NCBI GenBank assembly: GCA_032718475.1
Contig: JAUCBJ010001356.1
Location: forward strand, 19,713-83,712
Origin: Nemertoderma westbladi
Lineage: Eukaryota; Animalia; Xenacoelomorpha
Length of the DNA stretch: 64,000 nt
Reading direction: 5' to 3'
A program made the translations under genes and the position numbers. Positions 1 to 12,246 of this stretch are shown in pieces (position 1 is the first letter of the stretch; every line of letters starts with the position of its first letter). The notes below the pieces were generated by a model. The model saw only the letters and a list, made by a program, of their open reading frames with translations, had not been told where the DNA came from and ran no database searches.

Positions 1-48
1 CCTGTGGCCTAGTGGGCTTCCATCTCGAGGTCCCAGGTTCGAATCCGA
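1..48 (+). mobile_element. tRNA-derived (Pol III A/B-box) SINE-like head, truncated by the window start
   Basis: A-box-like TGGCCTAGTGG (5-15) and B-box GGTTCGAATCC (37-47), immediately followed by a hammerhead motif. Confidence 0.6.
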
Positions 49-49
49 C

Positions 50-92
50 ACCACGCTGATGAGACCCAGTAAGGTCGAAACGCGTACGTGGT
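50..92 (+). ncRNA. Minimal type I hammerhead ribozyme
   Basis: Stem I ACCACG/CGTGGT; core CTGATGA; stem II GACC-cagtaa-GGTC; GAAA; palindromic mini stem III ACGCGT; GTA cleavage triplet at 84-86. Confidence 0.8.
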
Positions 93-690
93 TTGGAGAG
101 ATATGTGATATTAATTTCAAGAAAAAATTACGCGATTCCTAAATTTGTACAATACCCGGTTAAAAAGTACGCGGGATTAGTCCTACAATTGCGCCAATAA
201 AAGATGAGTTATTTTCGGTAAAATAAACTTATCATTCGAGGTTAAGACCCCTAGATCCCTTCCTATAATAATAAATGTATAATAACAAATACCTCGAAAA
301 ATACAGCTTTCCAACACATTGTTACTATCAAAGTAAATTATGAGATATACAGTAATGGTTCCGATGGCCCTAGTGTGTATAAAGTTGGTCCTCAAAGGTC
401 GAAGAACGAGAGTTCGAGCCCGACCGCAGCCTAGTTTCCGCAATAAAAGGGCCGGATAGTAAGATTATTCACTATTGGGAGTTAGATTGGCGCCCTCTCT
501 CTAGCCTTATAGGTAACTGCCAAGAGAGAGTATCCTTCAGTTTATCTCCGGTGTTTCGTGTTTTACTTTCACCATAACTGTAATTTACTATTTACTGTAA
601 TAAGAAACAAACCTATGATGTTAACATTGATCGTTAAGATAATAAACCGGTTATACGGGAATCGATTAGTTACAATCATCTAATACTCAC

Positions 691-824
691 TTCCCTTTTA
701 GCTGCGCCATGCGACGGAAGTACGCCACCAGCTGCTTTAACGGGTCTAACTTCTCAGCTGCGTTTTTTAATTCAGTGTCTTCTACAGAAGATGTAGAGTC
801 ATCAGCTTCGCTAACAACATCGGC
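691..824 (-). CDS. RyR: Ryanodine receptor exon (ADVVSE...KLDPLKQLVAYFRRMAQLKG)
   Basis: Resembles RyR 'KPDPLHQLVLHFSR'; ttag| acceptor and |gtgagt donor; phase matches the upstream exon. Confidence 0.75.
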
Positions 825-890
825 CTAAGATACAAACAATAGAATAATTCAATAATATAGCCAATCTAAACAACTTTATTTTCATACCGA

Positions 891-3800
891 CTTAACGACC
901 AACTTACCACAAGGGCCTCCACTAACGACCAACTTACCACAAGGGCCTCCACTAACGACCAACTTACCACAAGGGCCTCCACTAACGACCAACTTACCAC
1001 AAGGGCCTCCACTAACGACCAACTTACCACAAGGGCCTCCACTAACGACCAACTTACCACAAGGGCCTCCACTAACGACCAACTTACCACAAGTGCCTCC
1101 ACTAACGACCAACTTACCACAAGTGCCTCCACTAACGGCCAACTTATCACAACATCTTCCACTAACGACCAACTTACGACAAGGGCCTCCACTAACGACC
1201 AACTTACCACAAGGGCATCCACTAACGACCAACTTACCACAAGTGCCTCCACTAACGACCAACTTACCACAAGGGCCTCCACTAACGACCAACTTACCAC
1301 AAGGGCCTCCACTAACGACCAACTTAAAACAAGGGCCTCCACTAACGACCAACTTACCACAAGGGCCTCCACTAACGACCAACTTACCACAAGGGCCTCC
1401 ACTAACGACCAACTTACCACAAGGGCCTCCAATAACGACCAACTTACCACAAGGGCCTCCAATAACGACCAACTTACCACAAGGGCCTCCACTAACGACC
1501 AACTTACCACAAGGGCCTCCACTAACGACCAACTTACCACAAGTGCCTCCACTAACGACCAACTTACCACAAGTGCCTCCACTAACGGCCAACTTATCAC
1601 AACATCTTCCACTAACGACCAACTTACCACAAGGGCCTCCACTAACGACCAACTTACCACAAGGGCCTCCACTAACGACCAAATTACCACAAGGGCCTCC
1701 ACTAACGACCAACTTACCACAAGTGCCTCCACTAACGACCAACTTACCACAAGTGCCTCCACTAACGGCCAACTTATCACAACATCTTCCACTAACGACC
1801 AACTTACCACAAGGGCCTCCACTAACGACCAACTTACCACAAGGGCCTCCACTAACGACCAACTTACCACAAGGGCCTCCACTAACGACCAACTTAAAAC
1901 AAGGGCCTCCACTAACGACCAACTTACCACAAGGGCCTCCACTAACGACCAACTTACCACAAGGGCCTCCACTAACGACCAACTTACCACAAGGGCCTCC
2001 ACTAACGACCAACTTACCACAAGGGCCTCCACTAACGACCAACTTACCACAAGGGCCTCCACTAACGACCAACTTACCACAAGGGCCTCCACTAACGACC
2101 AACTTACCACAAGGGCCTCCACTAACGACCAACTTACCACAAGGGCCTCCACTAACGACCAACTTACCACAAGGGCCTCCACTAACGACCAACTTACCAC
2201 AAGGGCCTCCACTAACGACCAACTTACCACAAGGGCCTCCACTAACGACCAACTTACCACAAGGGCCTCCACTAACGACCAACTTACCACAAGGGCCTCC
2301 ACTAACGACCAACTTACCACAAAGGCCTCCACTAACGACCAACTTACCACAAGGGCCTCCACTAACGACCAACTTACCACAAGGGCCTCCACTAACGACC
2401 AACGTACCACAAGTGCCTCCACTACCGACCAACTCACCACAAGGGCCTCCACTAACGACCAACTTACCACAAGGGCCTCCACTAACGACCAACTTACCAC
2501 AAGGGCCTCCACTAACGACCAACTTAAAACAAGGGCCTCCACTAACGACCAACTTACCACAAGGGCCTCCACTAACGACCAACTTACCACAAGGGCCTCC
2601 ACTAACGACCAACTTACCACAAGGGCCTCCACTAACGACCAACTTACCACAAGGGCCTCCACTAACGACCAACTTACCACAAGGGCCTCCACTAACGACC
2701 AACTTACCACAAGGGCCTCCACTAACGACCAACTTACCACAAGGGCCTCCACTAACGACCAACTTACCACAAGGGCCTCCACTAACGACCAACTTACCAC
2801 AAGGGCCTCCACTAACGACCAACTTACCACAAGGGCCTCCACTAACGACCAACTTACCACAAGGGCCTCCACTAACGACCAACTTACCACAAGGGCCTCC
2901 ACTAACGACCAACTTACCACAAGTGCCTCCACTAACGACCAACTTACCACAAGGGCCTCCACTAACGACCAACTTACCACAAGGGCCTCCACTAACGACC
3001 AACTTACCACAAGGGCCTCCACTAACGACCAACTTACCACAAGGGCCTCCACTAACGACCAACTTACCACAAGGGCCTCCACTAACGACCAACTTACCAC
3101 AAGGGCCTCCACTAACGACCAACTTACCACAAGGGCCTCCACTAACGACCAACTTACCACAAGGGCCTCCACTAACGACCAACTTACCACAAGGGCCTCC
3201 ACTAACGACCAACTTACCACAAGGGCCTCCACTAACGACCAACTTACCACAAGGGCCTCCACTAACGACCAACTTACCACAAGGGCCTCCACTAACGACC
3301 AACTTACCACAAGGGCCTCCACTAACGACCAACTTACCACAAGGGCCTCCACTAACGACCAACTTACCACAAGGGCCTCCACTAACGACCAACTTACCAC
3401 AAGGGCCTCCACTAACGACCAACTTACCACAAGGGCCTCCACTAACGACCAACTTACCACAAGGGCCTCCACTAACGACCAACTTACCACAAGGGCCTCC
3501 ACTAACGACCAACTTACCACAAGGGCCTCCACTAACGACCAACTTACCACAAGGGCCTCCACTAACGACCAACTTACCACAAGGGCCTCCACTAACGACC
3601 AACTTACCACAAGGGCCTCCACTAACGACCAACTTACCACAAGGGCCTCCACTAACGACCAACTTACCACAAGGGCCTCCACTAACGACCAACTTACCAC
3701 AAGGGCCTCCACTAACGACCAACTTACCACAAGGGCCTCCACTAACGACCAACTTACCACAAGGGCCTCCACTAACGACCAACTTACCACAAGGGCCTCC

Positions 3801-5453
3801 ACTAACGACCAACTTACCACAAGGGCCTCCACTAACGACCAACTTACCACAAGGGCCTCCACTAACGACCAACTTACCACAAGGGCCTCCACTAACGACC
3901 AACTTACCACAAGGGCCTCCACTAACGACCAACTTACCACAAGGGCCTCCACTAACGGCCAACTTATCACAACATCTTCCACTAACGACCAACTTACCAC
4001 AAGGGCCTCCACTAACGACCAACTTACCACAAGGGCCTCCACTAACGACCAACTTACCACAAGGGCCTCCACTAACGACCAACTTACCACAAGGGCCTCC
4101 ACTAACGACCAACTTACCACAAGGGCCTCCACTAACGACCAACTTACCACAAGGGCCTCCACTAACGACCAACTTACCACAAGGGCCTCCACTAACGACC
4201 AACTTACCACAAGGGCCTCCACTAACGACCAACTTACCACAAGGGCCTCCACTAACGACCAACTTACCACAAGGGCCTCCACTAACGACCAACTTACCAC
4301 AAGGGCCTCCACTAACGACCAACTTACCACAAGGCCTTCCACTAACGACCAACTTACCACAAGGGCCTCCACTAACGACCAACTTACCACAAGGGCCTCC
4401 ACTAACGACCAACTTACCACAAGGGCCTCCACTAACGACCAACTTACCACAAGGGCCTCCACTAACGACCAACTTACCACAAGGGCCTCCACTAACGACC
4501 AACTTACCACAAGGGCCTCCACTAACGACCAACTTACCACAAGGGCCTCCACTAACGACCAACTTACCACAAGGGCCTCCACTAACGACCAACTTACCAC
4601 AAGGGCCTCCACTAACGACCAACTTACCACAAGGGCCTCCACTAACGACCAACTTACCACAAGGGCCTCCACTAACGACCAACTTACCACAAGGGCCTCC
4701 ACTAACGACCAACTTACCACAAGGGCCTCCACTAACGACCAACTTACCACAAGGGCCTCCACTAACGACCAACTTACCACAAGGGCCTCCACTAACGACC
4801 AACTTACCACAAGGGCCTCCACTAACGACCAACTTACCACAAAGGCCTCCACTAACGACCAACTTACCACAAGGGCCTCCACTGACGACCAACTTACCAC
4901 AAGGGCCTCCACTAACGACCAACTTACCACAAGGGCCTCCACTAACGACCAACTTACCACAAGGGCCTCCACTAACGACCAACTTACCACAAGGGCCTCC
5001 ACTAACGACCAACTTACCACAAGGGCCTCCACTAACGACCAACTTACCACAAGGGCCTCCACTAACGACCAACTTACCACAAGGGCCTCCACTAACGACC
5101 AACTTACCACAAAGGCCTCCACTAACGACCAACTTACCACAAGGGCCTCCACTGACGACCAACTTACCACAAGGGCCTCCACTAACGACCAACTTACCAC
5201 AAGGGCCTCCACTAACGACCAACTTACCACAAGGGCCTCCACTAACGACCAACTTACCACAAGGGCCTCCACTAACGACCAACTTACCACAAGGGCCTCC
5301 ACTAACGACCAACTTACCACAAGGGCCTCCACTAACGACCAACTTACCACAAGGAACTCCACTAACGACCAACTTACCACAAGGGCCTCCACTAACGACC
5401 AACTTACCACAAGGGCCTCCACTAACGACCAACTTACCACAAGGGCCTCCACT
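891..5453. repeat. 30-bp minisatellite (~152 copies, AACTTACCACAAGGGCCTCCACTAACGACC) built from the RyR exon end plus its 5' splice site
   Basis: Direct inspection; minus-strand unit is TAGTGGAGGCCCTTGTG|GTAAGTTGGTCGT. Confidence 0.98.
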
Positions 5454-5617
5454 AGCGCGGTCGGTGGCTCTTCGTGTTTAGCGATCCATTTATCGGTGTA
5501 ACATTGAATAAATAGGTTCATCGCTCTGTGTCTGGGGATGTAATAAAGGGGAGTGGAACGGAAGCATTCAACGATCGCCAACTTGCGTTGTCGGGAAACC
5601 AACTTGGATGTGAGTAG
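5438..5617 (-). CDS. RyR: Ryanodine receptor exon (LLTSKLVSRQRKLAIVECFRSTPLYYIPRHRAMNLF...ALVEALV)
   Basis: Matches RyR '[32 protein letters not shown]'; AG/GT boundaries. Confidence 0.9.
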
Positions 5618-5843
5618 CTGAAAGGAGAAGTTATCTAAGAGCGTTAAACAACCTCACTAATAACATGTGAAACGCGGAAATCTGGACAGTCTCATTTTGG
5701 CTAATCAATAATAATATATTAATGGAAGGTAGAGTATGACCTACTATAGGATGGAGGAGTCATTTCCTCCATCGCCAGCCGACAGACACCCACCTTGAAT
5801 GACTACCAAAGCAAAGCAAATTTATTATTGCAAACAAACTAAC

Positions 5844-6026
5844 CTGGGACAGTTTCTTGGGATGGTAGACTAAATATAATGTATGAACAATAATAGATGT
5901 ATCGCGGATATGTTTCTTAGTTTCAGGTAGACTCATACGGGTTGTGAGAGTAGTGGAGGGGGTCTGGGATCGGCTCAGAGTGAAAACACCACCGAGAAAC
6001 GAGGTCTGGGGAGTTGGACTAGTTAT
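5844..6026 (-). CDS. RyR: Ryanodine receptor exon (ITSPTPQ...LYLVYHPKKLSQ)
   Basis: Open 183-nt phase-0 exon with AG/GT boundaries between two confident RyR exons; weak similarity to the 'LxxxEHP' region. Confidence 0.65.
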
Positions 6027-6112
6027 CTAGAAAAAACAAAATTAACAATATTATAAGTACGTCGAACAACTGCTACTAAAATAGGTTAAGGATTAAAAGA
6101 GACCATAAAAAT

Positions 6113-6318
6113 AACGTTTTACACATGGCAACAATTTGCATAAACTTGGTCAGCTACAAACAACTTCATATTGAGCAACTTAACTTGTACAACTTTGAAC
6201 TTGACGGTTGCAACTTTTTACACCAACTTGTTTTAGGCGGAGCAATTTGATCAGCAACCAAAGTTGCTAAAAAGTTACTGAAAAAGTTGCTCAAAAATGT
6301 TCTACATGTAAACCCGGC
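6113..6318. mobile_element. Degenerate MITE-like element with CAAC/GTTG subrepeats
   Basis: TTTTACACATGGCAAC at the left end and GTTG-rich ...ACATGTAAACC at the right end form an imperfect inverted pair. Confidence 0.35.
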
Positions 6319-6428
6319 CTCAAGGTTCGATATGAAACTGAAAGTATTTTAACACATAGGCCAATAGTCCGATTGTAGGTTATTCTATATGTGTACAACG
6401 TGATAGTTTGCTGGTAAATATGTCGGAC

Positions 6429-6634
6429 CTGCGATGTTAGGCAATCGGCTTCCTTGAGATTGTGTTCCAAGAATTCGGTGACTGAATCGTGATCTGTGTT
6501 ACGGAACAGCAGCTGTTTGCAGTGCTGTACCAGTTCCTGACCTCTAGGTGTAAGTAACGCCATTCGTACCGGTACCAAGCGTTTACATGCAGCAACCAGC
6601 AGACTGTCCCCTCCGAGATCGTCTTTCTTCTTAC
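6429..6634 (-). CDS. RyR: Ryanodine receptor exon (SLLVAACKRLVPVRM...QELVQHCKQ...EFLEHNL)
   Basis: Matches RyR '[26 protein letters not shown]...VREFLHNNL'; AG/GT boundaries and phase fit. Confidence 0.85.
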
Positions 6635-6845
6635 CTGCAATTGCAATTTTATTAACAATGATTAATTATATTAATTTAATGATATTAATTAAAATACAAA
6701 ATAAACTTATATTCATTTCTTCATATACAAATTTTCTATCAAATTCTCAAGGAAAAAGTAAAAACCTGACATTCTTCACATGATGGGAGCGAATGGCCAG
6801 AATTAATCAGAAACATGGCTTGTTCTTGGGTGTTTTGGTAACAAC

Positions 6846-7122
6846 CGTCGCCTCGCCCTCGTACAACCTTCTCCACGTTCAATCTTCGCCCGCGAGGAGC
6901 CTTCGCCCAATAAGATTTGTGTTAGTAACCATTTTAGTTACCAATTGAGATAAAGGACTAGGTTGCAGAGACGGGTTTTTATAACCAAAACAATAATTGT
7001 TCAGTGGGCGAAGGTAGCTCGTGGGCGAAGATTGCCCGCGGGCGAAGTGTCCGCCGGGCGATAGTTGCTCATTTTGAGGGCGAAGATTGGATTTGGGCGA
7101 AGCTTTCTCGAGGGCGACGTTT
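6846..7122. mobile_element. MITE-like relic with repeated TTCGCCC / GGGCGAAG motifs in inverted arrangement
   Basis: AATCTTCGCCCGCGAG (~6881) versus CTCGTGGGCGAAGATT (~7018), plus several more GGGCGA copies. Confidence 0.4.
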
Positions 7123-7371
7123 GCTGCGTTATTAATTTATTATTATATGTAGATTATTAACCAGATAGAGGGGGGGGGGGACTTTAGACGCAATTAAAAT
7201 GCATCCCTCTCCATATTAATACGCCTAGACGAGTTTGGCGTCCAGTTTCCCCATTTTCTCCCATTAACTCGTGCGGCATCAACTTCGGTTCGAAGTGGAA
7301 CTAATTCTAATACAGTAACTATAGCGGCACTCAGCCATTTTTGGTTTAAATTGTTTACTTATTAACCAAAC

Positions 7372-7489
7372 CTTTCGGTTTAGGAGTTGTAGTTATTTTA
7401 ACATCGTTTGATTCGTCACTGTGTATCAGCAGTCTAGTTGTATCAATCCCGTTCTGTTTCACAAATATCTTCTCTTCGCGTCGGAAATT
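7372..7489 (-). CDS. RyR: Ryanodine receptor exon (NFRREEKIFVKQNGID...)
   Basis: Matches RyR 'NFKREEQNFVVQNEI'. Confidence 0.85.
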
Positions 7490-7695
7490 CTAAATAAAAT
7501 ACAAAAGGTACCAGAATGATTACAGGTAAGGTTGCATAGTAATAGAGTAGGTAGTCCCAAATTTGCAGTGCTGAGATTGTAAATACATTTAAACAGCAAT
7601 TCGGAGCCCATCAAATTATTTTCAACATTCAATTATTTAAAAAATTATATATTATGTTCAAAGATTCCCTGAAACTCTACAATGAATTCAATTAC

Positions 7696-7854
7696 CTGAG
7701 ATTTATTCCAGAGAGTAAATATGGTAGAAACATGGGTGAATAAAGTCTCCGTAGAATCTCCTCCTTGTTTCATCCAGCTGACACGATGTTTGTCGATAAA
7801 ACGGATCAGCAGCGGGTAAAAACTGTATAAATCTCGAATAGCCAAAGTCATATT
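7696..7854 (-). CDS. RyR: Ryanodine receptor exon (NMTLAIRDLYSFYPLLIRFID...WNKSQ)
   Basis: Matches RyR 'RDLYALYPLLIRYVD...WSKSH'. Confidence 0.9.
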
Positions 7855-8010
7855 CTAGAAACAATATATTACCCATTAAGTATTACGTACTATCTCTATT
7901 TTCTCTACGGTGTGTCCAAACCCATGTGAAACCAGGGAAAAGTGTTTACAATTGTAATATAATGTTTATAATTATAAAATAAAGGTAAGGTTTAAATTAA
8001 TGAAACTTAC

Positions 8011-8139
8011 ATCGATAACTTCAACCTCCCGCTCTCCGATATAAACGCCTCTCTGTAAATCGGCTTTAACCTTGTCGTCTTCGGCTATCAGAATTTCCAA
8101 ACGCGAAGCCAACTTCTCTGTTATCGGTATAAAATGCGA
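8011..8139 (-). CDS. RyR: Ryanodine receptor exon (SHFIPITEKL...EVID)
   Basis: Matches RyR 'SHFIPTIGRL'; cag| and |gtaagt boundaries. Confidence 0.8.
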
Positions 8140-8264
8140 CTGTTGAAATTAAATAATATTTATATTAAATAAAAAAACATTTTGAGTCCTCGGCAACGTA
8201 ATTATAATATTGAATATAATTATTGGTTTATGTTACGATTGTAATGAGATTACCAAATAACCTA

Positions 8265-8545
8265 TCAACCTATAATAGGCACGCTACAATTAGAATATAC
8301 CGATTTATTAAGAAACTTGCGCCGCCACAACTCCCTATTCCCCATGACTTTCGCGAGATTATCCGCATCTTCAAGGCCAGTGTACTTTAAGGGGCGTCTT
8401 AAGAAAGTCATGGGATGTCCACCATGCTTATTTACTCCAAGGGACCGCCAAAACACAAGATTGGGCACAGACAGGTACTCATGGCGAAAGCAATGTCCTG
8501 CAAAGCGGAGTCCGCTCTGATCAAGTGTCAAACTTGGGAGGACTA
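8265..8545 (-). mobile_element. LINE (RTE/L2-like) ORF2 3' fragment
   Basis: LRFAGHCFR...LVFW...GGHPMTF resembles the C-terminal RxxRFAGH...GRP motif of non-LTR RTs; a related copy lies at ~44140. Confidence 0.6.
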
Positions 8546-8739
8546 ATGTTGTAGGGTCTTTCCCTACATTGCATTATAAGGAGACCCTGACCCTACTAGT
8601 TTGTACATGTACTACAGTAGTCCTACTAGTAAAAACTGCAGCGCATGACTTGGTGAGCTGTTTATGCAACTGTAATAAATTCTATTATAATTTTTTATGA
8701 TTTCGTTCAGAAATTGAAGAATTAAGAAACACGTCAATG

Positions 8740-8785
8740 GCACCATTTACGCGCATTTCGGCCTATCAGGCCTCGTCAGTAGCGC
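8740..8785 (-). ncRNA. Degenerate hammerhead ribozyme (one arm of an inverted pair)
   Basis: Minus strand reads GCGCTA CTGACGA GGCC tgata GGCC GAAA TGCGC GTA aa TGGTGC. Confidence 0.65.
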
Positions 8786-8907
8786 TAACCAGTACGTAAA
8801 TAGGATATCCAACTTAAGACTGTCTGTTCAATAGAAGTGGATTACTAGGAAGGCGAGAGTCAGTGGAGCGTGGCTGAACTGGTTAGCGCTACTCGGTTAG
8901 GGTTAGG

Positions 8908-9340
8908 AGTAGTAGGAGAAGAATGGCCCTCCGCATAGTCCTCCCTAGCTTGGGCTATGGGCTACTTCTCGGAGGGCTATTAAAAATGCCAAATTCCGAC
9001 GCGTGCCATATGTCACCTTCAGCAGTTGCCATCAACCAATCGTAGCGTAGCCTGCCTTACTCGACTGACTGACTACTGTTACCTACTAACTAACCCTACG
9101 GTTATTCCCCTTTTCGCCACGTTACCACCACCACCACCATCACCACCACTGTATACTGTATATGGTGACGACAACGACGACGTGGCCATCTACACGCATC
9201 ACGCATATACCCTCCCTCGATATTATATATTATATTATATCGATTGCCAACTCAACGATTTACCCACCGCCAGCTAGAGCTACTCCTCGACGGCTGTCGC
9301 CAAACCAACCAGCCAGTATGATACATGAAATTCCACCACG
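8908..9340 (+). repeat. Left terminal inverted repeat of the Polinton
   Basis: Reverse complement of ~30277-30687; outer ~95 bp identical, inner part differs by substitutions and indels. Confidence 0.95.
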
Positions 9341-9610
9341 TTCCCGCTACGCGTATTCGTACATTAGTGATTATTATTATTATTACGCAAAACCAAATAA
9401 TTTTTAATTATACTGTATTTCCCTACCGGCTAATCAACCAATCAATAAACCGAATTTAGGCTATTTCTCAGTTTAAGACCTGTATTATTTTTGAAAATAT
9501 CTTATATATATAATCTCTTGCTTTAATCACAATTAATCATTTGTAGTGGTTTTAGTTTAAAAGTTTTTACTTTGTTTGTTTGATTTATAATAAAATAAAT
9601 TAATTAAATA

Positions 9611-10063
9611 ATGTCTTCTAATTCCGATATGGTTATGCCAATAGTAAGGCATTCATTTTTTGCAGAAGATGGTGAAGCCTATATTGTTATTGATTATACA
9701 ATTTACCGTCGGGGAGATGATAAATATAAAATTGAGTTTTCTGAAAAAGCCAGGAAAGTTTTAAGCTCAATTGATATTGATGCTTCTGATAATAGTATTC
9801 ATCTCTTAGATTACAACCTGAAAGTTGAGCATGAGGGAAAATTAATCAATATCTTACTATTATCCATGATAGAGGGGATAATTGTTATTACACAATACAA
9901 CGAAGCTGGTGAAAAGTTTGAAATACGGCTAAATCGGCATAGCCCCTACGAAATTATGTCTTTCTTTATTGTAATGATTTCAAAAGAATCCTTTGTCGAA
10001 ACAGAACTAGAACTAGAATCAACAGATAATGTTGAATATGTTGATAATATCATTGATTCTTGA
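9611..10063 (+). CDS. Polinton accessory protein of unknown function (150 aa, acidic)
   Basis: ATG-initiated ORF just inside the left TIR, with TATA-like TATATATAA at ~9505; no motif recognised. Confidence 0.6.
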   Translation: MSSNSDMVMPIVRHSFFAEDGEAYIVIDYTIYRRGDDKYKIEFSEKARKVLSSIDIDASDNSIHLLDYNLKVEHEGKLINILLLSMIEGIIVITQYNEAGEKFEIRLNRHSPYEIMSFFIVMISKESFVETELELESTDNVEYVDNIIDS

Positions 10064-10250
10064 CTTTTCCCACTATATTATAAATATTTTATGATTATTT
10101 ATAAAATTTTGATGTTTTTAATTATGAAAAAAAAAACATCAAATTTTAAATAATCGAAAATTGTAGTAGTAATTGTATATACAGTATAACAGATTTGTTT
10201 GTTGTTGTGTATTGAGGTAATTATTTTCAATTTACTTTAAAATTTGGAAA

Positions 10251-10700
10251 ATGGATATTTTAAATGAAAAATGTCCAGTTTGCTATTCTAAGTTATTGCA
10301 ACATCGAGATTATTATAAATGTGAAAATAAACATGCAACTTGCGTACAATGTATTGTACAATATTCCGAAATGAATAATTATTGTTCTAAAATTTGTCCT
10401 ATTTGTCGCGCACCCATATCTAAGTTTAATATAAAGTTGGCAAGATACCAACCCTATTATTGGAAAGAGCTTCGCAATATAACTTATATTTCTGCGGAAA
10501 GTAATGATCCAGGAGATTTATTTACAATATTGGAGAATATTTTTTATAGAAATGTAGTACGACGGTGTTGCTACTATATTCCTTATTTTTTTAGCAGCGA
10601 ACATAAAAAAATCATTAGCGCGAAATTCTCGGGAAGTGATTTCCAAACCGCCGATGTTACCTATCATTATTTCGCGTATAAAGATGCTCACCATGCTTGA
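10251..10700 (+). CDS. RING-finger (C3HC4-like) protein, putative E3 ligase
   Basis: CPVC...CENKHATCVQC...CPICR. Confidence 0.8.
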   Translation: MDILNEKCPVCYSKLLQHRDYYKCENKHATCVQCIVQYSEMNNYCSKICPICRAPISKFNIKLARYQPYYWKELRNITYISAESNDPGDLFTILENIFYRNVVRRCCYYIPYFFSSEHKKIISAKFSGSDFQTADVTYHYFAYKDAHHA

Positions 10701-10923
10701 AATTACATTGAAAATGAGTCTATACTATAATTGGAAATAGCACCTTTTGTTGCAGCGAGCGTCACATACTGTAGTTGTGTCATATGTTAATTAAATATAC
10801 AGTACTCTAATATTGTAGTTGCCTCAATTATTGTTATATACATAGTAATAGTGATGGTTTATTGATATTGATATTTATATTATATTATATTGTATTGTTG
10901 ATATATCTTAATAATAATAATAA

Positions 10924-11601
10924 ATGGCTGACTTTAATTCAGGTCCATATAATTTAAACTTTCAAATGGGAACGAGTATGATAATTTCTGGCCCATCTGG
11001 TTCTGGAAAGTCAACATTTGTGAGCAATTTAATTAAACACAAGAATGGTTGTTTCAACGAAGCCCCCTTGCGAGTATTGTATTGTTACGGGAGCAATCCC
11101 CCAACTATTCCTGGTATTACTCACCTTTACAAAGGTTTGCCAGAAAATATAGATAGTTTAGTGAATAGTCGAGATTTATTAATTATAGATGATTTATTAA
11201 CAGAAACTGAGTCCAGTACAGCTTTAACTGCATTGTTTACTAAGGCAGCTCATCATTCCAATATATTTATTTGTTTTATAACGCAAAACATGTTTTACGG
11301 TGGGAAGCATAACCACACAAGATCAATTAATAGCCATACTTTAGTATTAATGAAAAATCCGCGAGACTGTTATTCGGTTTTAAATTTCGCGAAGCAGATG
11401 TTACCAGGGCAGACCAAATTTTTAGTAGATTCCTATCAAGATGCGACTATTGAACCATTTTCGCATTTCTTAATTGATTTACGACAGGAAACACCCGAAC
11501 ATTTAAGATTTAGATCGGATATATTTCGTAATCATAATTGTTACATTAAAAATTACATTGACTATAAACGTAGCGAAAATAATAATAATAATAATAAATA
11601 A
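10924..11601 (+). CDS. Genome-packaging ATPase (A32/FtsK-like)
   Basis: Walker A GPSGSGKS, Walker B LLIIDD, HHxNxxxxFITQN and KNPRD motifs typical of Polinton ATPases. Confidence 0.93.
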   Translation: MADFNSGPYNLNFQMGTSMIISGPSGSGKSTFVSNLIKHKNGCFNEAPLRVLYCYGSNPPTIPGITHLYKGLPENIDSLVNSRDLLIIDDLLTETESSTALTALFTKAAHHSNIFICFITQNMFYGGKHNHTRSINSHTLVLMKNPRDCYSVLNFAKQMLPGQTKFLVDSYQDATIEPFSHFLIDLRQETPEHLRFRSDIFRNHNCYIKNYIDYKRSENNNNNNK

Positions 11602-11638
11602 TTAATATTTTGTAACAATTTTCAATAATGTTGCAACA

Positions 11639-12022
11639 ATGAATAGACTTGTGCAGAAATATCGTAACGAACTGGAATTTCTACGCAGCGCTAACCCTTA
11701 ACAAAGAACTTATTTTATTAACCATACCGCGAGTAACGAATTAATACGGCTCATTGTAAATACTGCATTAAATGTTCTAAAAGGTAACGTACAATTGACC
11801 CCTCATTCATTTAGAAATATTCGCCGCTTTAAAAAGGTATTGAAATCACTCAACCGTAAAACAAAAAATATATCAAGTTACAGAAAAAAGTTAAGCAATC
11901 AATCTGGAGGCATACTACCGTTTCTAATACCCTTACTCGGCATTGGTGCGAAACTCGCCGCGAGTGCTGGTGCCACTGCCGCTGGAGCGGCTATTGCGAA
12001 AAAAATTAACCGTGGACGGTAA
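11639..12022 (+). pseudogene. Conserved Polinton basic core-type protein with a premature stop
   Basis: MNRLVQKY...NP*QR...ALNVLKGNVQL...QSGG|ILPFLIP; in-frame TAA at 11699-11701; QxGG adenain-type site before a hydrophobic tail. Confidence 0.7.
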
Positions 12023-12246
12023 TAATGGTTAAAACAGGAGTAACATTTAGAAAATTATATTTAGTATCGAGTAAACCGTTAGCTACTGATTTAAAACCTC
12101 AAGATATACCTAGAGTAAATACTACAAAAAGAAAACCCTTTAAAACATCAACTTCAAAAAAAATAATAAAAAAATTTCAGTTGTTTTTACGGTGATGCCC
12201 TTTATAAGAGATTTGAATATACATATTACTTGCGGTTGTCGAAAAG

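Noticed and set aside
866-5602. Three giant ORFs (1462-1578 aa) as standalone repetitive proteins
   Set aside because: They arise from a stop-free 30-bp repeat; only the first ~55 codons of the 866-5602 ORF are a real RyR exon
9026-9407. Short ORFs in the TIR (mirrored at 30233-30511)
   Set aside because: They lie within TIRs that differ by indels and show no recognisable motifs
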